Origin: Nitrosopumilus sp.
GTDB taxonomy: Archaea; Thermoproteota; Nitrososphaeria; Nitrososphaerales; Nitrosopumilaceae
Direction: 5' to 3'
Assembly: GCA_965205675.1 (NCBI GenBank)
Contig: OZ242186.1
Coordinates: forward strand, 1,273,533-1,305,532
Length of the DNA: 32,000 bases
Position 1 is the stretch's first letter, and each line of letters opens with the position of its first letter. The notes under the pieces were generated by a model, which saw only the letters and a program-made list of their open reading frames with translations, had not been told where the DNA came from and did not search any database. A program made the position numbers and the translations under genes. Below are positions 25,054 to 32,000 of the stretch, piece by piece.

Positions 25054-26636
25054 TGCTTACAAAATGTGCTGAAGAAATTCCAAAATCATATACTGGTATC
25101 TATTCTATGCACAAGTATTGGTCAAAAAAACCATTTAATGTAATTGACAGGTATATTCAAACATACACAAAACCAGATGATATAGTATTAGACCCATTTC
25201 TAGGATCTGGAATTAGCAGTATAGAATCTATTTTTTCGAATAGACGAACAGTTGGTATTGATATTAATCCCATGTCCACATTCATAACAAAGCAAATGCT
25301 GGAAAATATTGATCCTAAAGTCATAGATGAGGAATTCCTAAAACTACAAGATGTCCTACGTAAGCAAATCGATAGCCTATACGAAATACAAGTAGATGAT
25401 ATGTCATTTACAGGCTCACATTTTATTTACAAAAATGAACAACTAGTGGAGATATGGTACAAAGATAACAAAACAAAAAAAATAGTCGATATGACAAAAC
25501 CGACCAATGTCAAAACAATGAAAGATTTTACTTATGAAAACATCAAGACTGTTTTGCCTACAAAAAAATTAGTCAAGAACTCAAGAATAAATGCCAAGGA
25601 AGGAATGTCAGTTTATGATTTGTTTACTCCTAGAAACGCATTGGCATTGTCTATGTTGTTAGAGGAAATAAACAAGATTCAAGATATCAAATTGAGGGAT
25701 TTTTTCAGATTTTGTTTTACAGCCTGTTCTGGTCAGGCTAGCAAAATGGTATTTGTCATTAATAAGCGTAAAAAAATGAAAGGTGAGCATACTGTATCAG
25801 ACAGAAAGGAAGTTGGAAGCTGGGTAATAGGATATTGGATTCCTAAGGAACATTTTGAAATAAATGCCTGGAATTGTTTTGAAAACAGATACAAGAGAAT
25901 TCTAAAAGCTAAAAAAGAATTTTTTCAATCAAATCCAAATGTGAGATATGTAAGAAATTTCAAAAGTCTGGAAAATAATCAAGGTAACATATTATTAATT
26001 AATGACAGTTGTTACACAGCACTAAAGACAATACCTGATAATTCAGTTGACTATGTCATAACAGATCCGCCTCATGGTGATAGATTGCCATATTTAGAAT
26101 TGAGTATGATGTGGAATGATTGGCTAGATTTTGATGTAAACATGGATAAGGAGCTTGTTGTAAGTGATGCAAAAGCGAGAGATAAGACAGTTACAGAATA
26201 CATGATATTGTTAGAAAAAATACTAGTTGAGATTAACAGGGTTTTAAAAAATGGCAAATATTTTACATTGATGTTTAATAACTATGATCAACAAGTGTGG
26301 GGGAAACTACAAGAAATTCTGTTTGGTTTGGATTTGGAATTATCAGATGTTAGTACGATAGGTTATTCTGCATCATCAGTGATTCAAGATAGCAGAAAAG
26401 GTGGATTGAAAACAGATTTTATATTTACTTTTAAGAAAAATACCTCAATCAGAAATAAGAAATTCGGCATTGCAGATCAAAATATGGTTGATAGTCTGAT
26501 CTCTGATTATCTAAACAAAAACAAAGATCATTCTTTATATAAAATACTAAATTATGTCATAATCTATCTCATTTCCAATAGATTAATTTTTGACATAAAA
26601 TCAGTTATATCATCAATATCATTGAAATTTCAATGA
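25053..26636 (+). CDS. DNA amino-methyltransferase (N6-adenine or N4-cytosine), probably Type II
   Basis: MHKYWSKKP...IVLDPFLGSGISSIE (AdoMet motif I) near aa 48 and VDYVITDPPHGD (motif IV, DPPH) near aa 338. Motif order I then IV, the reverse of the Mod at 644. Confidence 0.85.
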   Translation: MLTKCAEEIPKSYTGIYSMHKYWSKKPFNVIDRYIQTYTKPDDIVLDPFLGSGISSIESIFSNRRTVGIDINPMSTFITKQMLENIDPKVIDEEFLKLQDVLRKQIDSLYEIQVDDMSFTGSHFIYKNEQLVEIWYKDNKTKKIVDMTKPTNVKTMKDFTYENIKTVLPTKKLVKNSRINAKEGMSVYDLFTPRNALALSMLLEEINKIQDIKLRDFFRFCFTACSGQASKMVFVINKRKKMKGEHTVSDRKEVGSWVIGYWIPKEHFEINAWNCFENRYKRILKAKKEFFQSNPNVRYVRNFKSLENNQGNILLINDSCYTALKTIPDNSVDYVITDPPHGDRLPYLELSMMWNDWLDFDVNMDKELVVSDAKARDKTVTEYMILLEKILVEINRVLKNGKYFTLMFNNYDQQVWGKLQEILFGLDLELSDVSTIGYSASSVIQDSRKGGLKTDFIFTFKKNTSIRNKKFGIADQNMVDSLISDYLNKNKDHSLYKILNYVIIYLISNRLIFDIKSVISSISLKFQ

Positions 26637-27725
26637 TTGACATCAAAAGGTGATTTTAAGGAATTGCAGAATCTTTATGATTCTGGTGATTTTACAAAGA
26701 TATTGGATTATTCCAATGGGATGTATTTTCTAAAACTACGTTCAATGTCAAGACCCACTCTTCTTAAAAAACTGGCAGAACAACAAGCCATAACAATTTT
26801 TCCCAAACCAAAACTTTTTGATATTTTTAATCAAAATATTCCATTAACAGCATTAGACAAATTCATCAGAAAAGAAGCTGTTGACGAACTAAAAAACATA
26901 GCAGATGAAAAAGAAATTCTATACACAGAATTATTCAAGCTTGATGTTTTGGATTGGGGAGGATTATATCAGAATGGACTAGAAAAAACCATAGTCAACA
27001 ACTATGTCAAGAAAATCAAAAATTATGACGAGCTTAATCAAAAAATCACTAATGAATTACATGATAGTATGTCGGGATATGTGAAAAGTTCTTGGTATAA
27101 TCATTGGTCAACCATCTTAATTGAGAATATGTTTCAAGAACACAAAAATATAATTCCTGCAATAGGAAAAGTGAAAAATTTGGATTTCTTTTGGAATGAC
27201 ATTCCACTTGATCTGAAAGTAACATACTTTCCAAAAGAATTCTTAAACGATAAAAGAAAGGAACTTGGTTTGAGAACTGAGTTATCATCCCTGAAGAAAT
27301 TTGCCAAAGAAAGTAAAATATGTTATGACAAAAATGGAAATGACCGACAAATTTTTACAGAGATATATAGGAAATTAAGTGAATCATCAAAACCAGAATA
27401 TCTGAAATTCATAAAGGAATTAAAACAGAAAAGCACAGAGATAATCAATAATACAATAAAAGATCCTGTATCATTAGCACAATGGCTGTATGAAAAACAA
27501 AGTGAAAGGAGATTTGACAGGGTTTATCGATTTTATCTTATTTTGATAGATTCAACTAATTTAGAAGATAGTTGGAAATTGAAGCGTAACAGAGATTTGG
27601 TTCCAAACGGAATCAAGTCATTTCTCTCTAAAGATCCTAAAAAAGAAATTAAAGATATTAAGTTTGGATGGAAAGATAAAGAATATGACACAAAATGCTT
27701 TGTGTTGTTTATCGTTAAATCATAA
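26637..27725 (+). CDS. Putative cognate restriction endonuclease
   Basis: TTG start directly abuts the methyltransferase TGA. LDFFWNDIPLDLKVT could be a PD-(D/E)xK core. The assignment rests mainly on position. Confidence 0.45.
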   Translation: MTSKGDFKELQNLYDSGDFTKILDYSNGMYFLKLRSMSRPTLLKKLAEQQAITIFPKPKLFDIFNQNIPLTALDKFIRKEAVDELKNIADEKEILYTELFKLDVLDWGGLYQNGLEKTIVNNYVKKIKNYDELNQKITNELHDSMSGYVKSSWYNHWSTILIENMFQEHKNIIPAIGKVKNLDFFWNDIPLDLKVTYFPKEFLNDKRKELGLRTELSSLKKFAKESKICYDKNGNDRQIFTEIYRKLSESSKPEYLKFIKELKQKSTEIINNTIKDPVSLAQWLYEKQSERRFDRVYRFYLILIDSTNLEDSWKLKRNRDLVPNGIKSFLSKDPKKEIKDIKFGWKDKEYDTKCFVLFIVKS

Positions 27726-27727
27726 CT

Positions 27728-27790
27728 CCCTAACGTAACAGCTCAAACCCCTAATGTAACACCACTTTGAAAAACCCCTAAGATGGAACA
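27728..27790. repeat. Three copies of CCCTAA-N(1-3)-G(T/G)(A)ACA
   Basis: CCCTAACGTAACA at 27728, CCCTAATGTAACA at 27749 and CCCTAAGATGGAACA at 27776, immediately after the endonuclease stop. Confidence 0.5.
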
Positions 27791-27985
27791 GTGTAAAAAT
27801 TCACTTTCTACACTCATACAAAATCACCTGAATTGCACCGTACATACCCTTTATAATACATTTTCAAAATTTAAGTCAATCTATAATTTCAGGTATAATT
27901 AATATCGAATATTTGGCAAAGGAATTTGATGTCATCTCTGCATCTGTAAGTGGGAGAAGAGATCTGATTTCTGATAATTTTCTGC

Positions 27986-27995
27986 CTTTAAATTT
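27986..27995 (+). promoter_or_regulatory. TATA-like box CTTTAAATTT upstream of the peptidase gene
   Basis: 20 nt separate it from TTG 28016. There is no SD motif in between. Confidence 0.25.
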
Positions 27996-28015
27996 GATTT
28001 TACCTGAATGGTTCA

Positions 28016-28657
28016 TTGTATCTGGAACTTGCCCTGCTTGCACTGCTCGTATTTTATGCATTTTTGGATATTCGCACAAGGCATGTGCGCACCTATTTTT
28101 TCGTGTTTCCGTTTGTAGCCCTACTTGCATTGAAAATAATTACCGGTTCAATTGATGCGACAATGCTGATAATGTTTGCAATGCAGGCAGGATTTGTCAT
28201 GGCAGCATACCTCCTCCGGCTTTTTGCCTCAGCTGACCTGCTGGGTCTGTTAGTTGTGACCTTTGCAGTTCCCTTTGTAGGACCATTTCCTGCAGTACTT
28301 GTACTGGCGCTGACAATAATATTCCAGTCAAACGGAATCATGCTGTCAAATCTGTCATACAATCTGGCGGACTTGTACAATAACCGACAACTGTTCTCCG
28401 ATGTCCCACAGATGCGCACAAAAAAGACTGCAAGGAGAATCTACTGGTCGTTTCTTGCACGCCGTCTGCGAGATGCTGACAAACACGTCCTCCCTGCACA
28501 AAGAATCCACAAAGGTTCACTTGAGCTTGCAGTCTCTAGGAAAAATACCGACACACTCTCAAATGCACAATATGTGTATTCTGCACATCCGGGTCTTGCA
28601 TACATTGCATGCGCATACGCATTTTTGCTTTTGGTGGCAAGCCCGTTTCTGATATGA
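28016..28657 (+). CDS. A24-family prepilin/preflagellin peptidase (FlaK/PibD-like)
   Basis: Polytopic membrane protein carrying the two expected aspartate motifs: YAFLDIRTRHV near the N-terminus and FASADLLGLLV (a GxGD-type variant). Only a TTG start is available, since the frame opens at 27998. Confidence 0.65.
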   Translation: MYLELALLALLVFYAFLDIRTRHVRTYFFVFPFVALLALKIITGSIDATMLIMFAMQAGFVMAAYLLRLFASADLLGLLVVTFAVPFVGPFPAVLVLALTIIFQSNGIMLSNLSYNLADLYNNRQLFSDVPQMRTKKTARRIYWSFLARRLRDADKHVLPAQRIHKGSLELAVSRKNTDTLSNAQYVYSAHPGLAYIACAYAFLLLVASPFLI

Positions 28658-28661
28658 TGGT

Positions 28662-30329
28662 GTGTTGATGATGCAATTCTCCAAGGTATTCAAAAATTTG
28701 AGTCAAAAAATCGCAAGTACTCTAAAAAAAGATGCAAAGAAAAAAAACATTCCAGAAAAAAACATTCCAGAAAAAAACATTCCAGAGAAGAGCATTCCAG
28801 AGAAGAGCATTCCAGAGAAGAAGAACTCAAAAAAAGATACAAAAAAAGATACACCGCAAGAAAAATCCCTCTCGTATTCCTCTGTTAGACCTGCAAAGTA
28901 CCTTATACAATACAAGGTAGGTGATGATGTAGTAGTTACAATATCTGAGGACATGCAGTACTGCGTATATGAGCCACAGTTCTCAGATGCTGCATCAAAA
29001 TCCGCATATGACAGTATAATGTCATACAAGAGATTTACAAGGTATGATGGCAACGCGGTCTTTTCTGAGTTGTCCGTAGAGGAGATAATGAGTGAGGCAG
29101 AATCCGCTGCAACAGAACTTGGTCTTCTCGAAGAGTTTCTGAAAAATTACCGAACGTTTCAATACTATATCCGGCGCGATATCTTCGGGTTTGATGTTCT
29201 AAATGTACTGCTGCAAGACGAATCAAATCTTGAGGACATCACATGTTCAAATTACAATGATACGGTAGGTGTGGTTCACCGCAAATATCTCAGCTGGGGA
29301 GTCATGAGAACCACGATAAAATTTGACTCAAAAAAGCATATGGAGTCGCTGATGGAGAAGATGGCAAACCGCGCTTACAAACATCTCTCTGATGCCACAC
29401 CCATGGTTGACCTGCAGCTGGATAAAAAATACAGAATGTCGCTTGTAAAATCTGACGTGATATCGCCGCTGTCCCCTGCGCTATCCATACGAATAAAATC
29501 CCCTGACCCGATCACGATAAAAAATCTGCTTGACTCAAACACCATATCTCACAATACAGTTGCTGCAATCTGGACTCTTTTGGATGTACGTGGTACGGGG
29601 CTTATTATTGGCGGCACAGGTTCAGGCAAAACCTCTACCCTTGGCGCCTTACTGCTGCTGATAAAAAAGACTGAGAAGATAATAACAATCGAGGACACTG
29701 GGGAAATTCAGATACCTCACACAGACTGGCTGCCATTAATGATTGATGCCCCCGTATCAACTGCCGGTTATTTTAAAAAATTTCAGGCAATTCTCAACAC
29801 TTCGCTGCGACAGAGACCATACATGATCTCAGTGGGAGAGGTGCGAGGCGAATCAACAAAGATGCTCTTTGATGCAATATCTACAGGCCACTCCTCGATG
29901 TCATCCTTTCATGCATATGGTGCGTCAGGTGCAATCAATCGTATCATAGGGGAAATCGGTGTACCTGCCGGTTCTTTTACTGATCTTGGATTCATTTTAT
30001 CAATGGGGGAAATAATAACAAAGCAGGGAATACTTGAGAGGCGATGCCTCTCCTTTGATGAGATAAGCTCAGATGGTCATGAGGTCTTTCTCAACAACCT
30101 TGGAGTGTACAATGCAGATACTGATTCTTTTGATAACAACTCGATTCCTTTTCTGTGTGAGAATTCCAAGAGGCTGCAGGCAGCAGTAGCCCGAGACGCA
30201 TCAACTGAGATGGCATCAGACTTTGCACTACGAGTTGACCTGTTGCGGGAATGTCAAAAGCGGGCAGTCACCCAACACGAGACAGCAGAGATTCTATCCA
30301 AATATTATGAAAAGAAATATCAGCGATAG
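28662..30329 (+). CDS. Type II/IV secretion-family ATPase (FlaI/PilB/VirB11-like)
   Basis: LIIGGTGSGKTSTLGALL (Walker A), ITIEDTGEIQIP (Asp box), MISVGEVRGES (Walker B) and STGHSSMSSFHA (His box). The start could be GTG 28662 or ATG 28668/28671. Confidence 0.9.
   Translation: MLMMQFSKVFKNLSQKIASTLKKDAKKKNIPEKNIPEKNIPEKSIPEKSIPEKKNSKKDTKKDTPQEKSLSYSSVRPAKYLIQYKVGDDVVVTISEDMQYCVYEPQFSDAASKSAYDSIMSYKRFTRYDGNAVFSELSVEEIMSEAESAATELGLLEEFLKNYRTFQYYIRRDIFGFDVLNVLLQDESNLEDITCSNYNDTVGVVHRKYLSWGVMRTTIKFDSKKHMESLMEKMANRAYKHLSDATPMVDLQLDKKYRMSLVKSDVISPLSPALSIRIKSPDPITIKNLLDSNTISHNTVAAIWTLLDVRGTGLIIGGTGSGKTSTLGALLLLIKKTEKIITIEDTGEIQIPHTDWLPLMIDAPVSTAGYFKKFQAILNTSLRQRPYMISVGEVRGESTKMLFDAISTGHSSMSSFHAYGASGAINRIIGEIGVPAGSFTDLGFILSMGEIITKQGILERRCLSFDEISSDGHEVFLNNLGVYNADTDSFDNNSIPFLCENSKRLQAAVARDASTEMASDFALRVDLLRECQKRAVTQHETAEILSKYYEKKYQR
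28746..28820. repeat. 15-bp tandem repeat x5 (NIPEK x3, SIPEK x2), followed by a 12-bp x2 repeat (KKDT) at 28830-28853
   Basis: AACATTCCAGAAAAA x2, AACATTCCAGAGAAG x1 and AGCATTCCAGAGAAG x2, all in frame at the extreme N-terminus of the ATPase. Confidence 0.9.
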
Positions 30330-32000
30330 GACCATCATATGTGTAGTTCTGTTTTTTGCAGGCATTGTACTTGGAATATCCGGACACATCGCACTGCTGT
30401 TTCTCTGCTGTATCTCTGCACTGTCAATATACACGATACGTCTTTCTGATGTTGCAAAACTCAAAAGACTTGGAAAAAAACCTGCAATCAGAAAAAAAGA
30501 GATTCCAAACTCTGAAAAGTTTCTAAAGAGACTGATAAAATACAGAATGTTCTCCCTGCTGTATGATTCTGCAAGAAATACTGCCCACGCAAGCGTGCCC
30601 AGGACTGGTCAGACTGCAACTCCTGGCATTCATGCAAAAAACGCAGTCATTATATTTTTTGCATCTCTTTTTGTAGCGGCGGCTGTTGCCCTCTTTGGGA
30701 TACTTTCAGGAATTTACTATCTTGCAGCGTCTCTTGCTGTTCCGTTAGTCGTGTATCTCTTCCCGAAACTATCTGTATCTGTGCGGGTATCTGAGCGCAC
30801 AACACTCTTTGATGAAGAGATTGCATATTTTCTGTCATACCTGCAGATAGTCCATTCTGGCACCATGATGATATACAGAAGCATCGCAATGCTTGACGGA
30901 AAAAATATATTTCCAGGACTAGAGTCTGACGGATTGTTACTGAAAAAATGGGTAGAGTATGATGCGACAGTACAGATTGATGCGATAAATGAACTGGCAC
31001 AGAACCATCCGCACAAGACATTCAAGCAGTTTTTAATCCAGTACTGTAGCATAGCCAAATCAAGCGTTGATAACATTCCCTCGTTTATTGCAGAATCTGC
31101 CAAAACAGAGTTTGCAAGAATTGTCCAGAGTGCCGAGAATGCGATAGGCAAGGCTGCAATGGTATTCATCATGGGTGCACTCATGATGGTGATGGCGCCG
31201 GTCCTGCTGGTCATGATGAGTTTCATTGGTGGCGTTGATGACTCTACAACACATCATCTCATAAATTTCCTAACTGTAATGCCTGTAATTTACACTGTGA
31301 TGGTTTTCTTTATGTTCAAAACAAGACAGGACAGTGAACTGTATCCGAAAAAAATCGCATTTGTTGCACTTCCAGTCATTTTTGTATTATGCTATCTTAT
31401 CACTAGGGATGCAATGGCATCCTTTGCACTTGCATGTGCAGTGCCATGTGTGATTAATGGCAGAGCCATCGCAAGTCAGATGAGATACATCAGACAGATT
31501 AATGACAACTTTCCAATCTTTTTGCGTGATTTGATAGAGTCTCGCAAGATAGATGCAAACTTTATCGTGTCATTAAAAAAACTGGCATCTGGAGACGACA
31601 TGGAATCAAGGTATGGCGCATATGCTGGCATATTGCGACAGATGCGAATGCGGTTAGAGGATGGCAATTACCATGACCGACCTCTGATTTATGACAGAGG
31701 AATCCCATCATGGCGTCTGAGGATGCTGACGTTTATCTTTCAGACAATATATGATGCAGACAGAGGTGACATTGCCACGCTTGAGCGGATGCACAAGTTT
31801 ACCGTCTCAATTAACGAGATCAAAAACAAGCTCTCAGATTCAGTCTCTCTCTCGTCGTTGATGCTGTATGCATCATCACCACTGTTCTTTGTGGTGCTAG
31901 TTGCAATGTCTGTCTTTATGGGGTCTTTCTCAAGTGTGATTCCTGATCTTCCAGACAGCATACGCGGTTCTGCTGATGCCAGTCTCTTCTTTGAAAAGCC
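30307..32000 (+). CDS. FlaJ/TadC/PilC-like polytopic platform protein, 3'-truncated by the window end; absent from the ORF track
   Basis: I translated frame 1 codon by codon from ATG 30307 to 31998 and found no stop (564 codons). Two T2SS-F-like cytoplasmic repeats (ERTTLFDEEIAYFLSYLQIVHSGTMMIYRSI and INDNFPIFLRDLIESRKIDANFIVSL), each followed by hydrophobic segments. Overlaps the ATPase stop by 23 nt. Confidence 0.75.
   Translation, partial: MKRNISDRTIICVVLFFAGIVLGISGHIALLFLCCISALSIYTIRLSDVAKLKRLGKKPAIRKKEIPNSEKFLKRLIKYRMFSLLYDSARNTAHASVPRTGQTATPGIHAKNAVIIFFASLFVAAAVALFGILSGIYYLAASLAVPLVVYLFPKLSVSVRVSERTTLFDEEIAYFLSYLQIVHSGTMMIYRSIAMLDGKNIFPGLESDGLLLKKWVEYDATVQIDAINELAQNHPHKTFKQFLIQYCSIAKSSVDNIPSFIAESAKTEFARIVQSAENAIGKAAMVFIMGALMMVMAPVLLVMMSFIGGVDDSTTHHLINFLTVMPVIYTVMVFFMFKTRQDSELYPKKIAFVALPVIFVLCYLITRDAMASFALACAVPCVINGRAIASQMRYIRQINDNFPIFLRDLIESRKIDANFIVSLKKLASGDDMESRYGAYAGILRQMRMRLEDGNYHDRPLIYDRGIPSWRLRMLTFIFQTIYDADRGDIATLERMHKFTVSINEIKNKLSDSVSLSSLMLYASSPLFFVVLVAMSVFMGSFSSVIPDLPDSIRGSADASLFFEK

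Noticed and set aside
27913-28155. 80-aa + strand ORF (TTG start) overlapping the 5' end of the peptidase gene, and the 84-aa reverse ORF 27876-28130
   Set aside because: Their sequence has no features. They overlap the peptidase frame, which carries the conserved Asp motif at residue 18. They are likely spurious.
30650-31257. Reverse-strand ORFs of 123, 169 and 65 aa
   Set aside because: They are antisense to the uninterrupted 564-codon FlaJ/TadC-like frame that I verified codon by codon, which has clear family features.
8691-32000. Reading the block as a provirus
   Set aside because: I recognised no capsid, portal, terminase, integrase or polymerase signatures. The recognisable genes are of filament or secretion type. 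A plasmid or ICE-like element remains possible and is covered in the findings.

Overview
The window looks archaeal; I cannot place the lineage. It encodes a TFIIB/TFB-like factor and a FlaK/FlaI/FlaJ-type peptidase-ATPase-platform trio. TATA-like boxes sit ~25 nt upstream of first-gene ATGs, and GGAGG/GGTGA Shine-Dalgarno motifs precede operon-internal genes. Nearly every credible gene is on the + strand.

Layout, left to right:
- 1-161: the 3' end of a CDS with a SHOCT-like tail.
- 261-5340: an AT-rich ~5-kb Type III restriction-modification cassette (mod 644-2581, res 2587-5169), bracketed by perfect 35-bp direct repeats and carrying a 10-bp x6 tandem repeat upstream of mod.
- 5819-8653: one gene built from 5.3 near-identical 465-bp tandem units, giving an array of winged-helix-like domains.
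- 8691-24375: a co-directional block with higher GC. It holds a membrane-anchored SNase-type nuclease with a cupredoxin-like signature, a short TFB-like factor coupled to a ParB-like protein, three proteins with a FlaF/FlaG/pilin-like N-terminus, an acidic secreted protein with 19 perfect pentapeptide repeats, a 2-TM hairpin protein coupled to a TrbL/VirB6-like polytopic membrane protein with a Gly/Ala/Ser/Pro tail, and large unassignable proteins.
- 24376-28015: a second AT-rich island with a SWIM zinc-finger ORF (- strand), an untracked AbrB-like ORF, an amino-methyltransferase and a putative endonuclease.
- 28016 to the window end: an A24 prepilin/preflagellin peptidase, a FlaI/VirB11-type ATPase, and a FlaJ/TadC-like platform protein. 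The platform ORF is missing from the ORF track because it has no stop in the window.

Perfect tandem repeats occur at many scales (10, 13, 15, 24 and 465 bp), both between and inside genes. I saw no rRNA, tRNA, CRISPR array, integrase or recognisable capsid or terminase gene.

All functional calls rest on motifs read by eye from the translations. No database search was possible.
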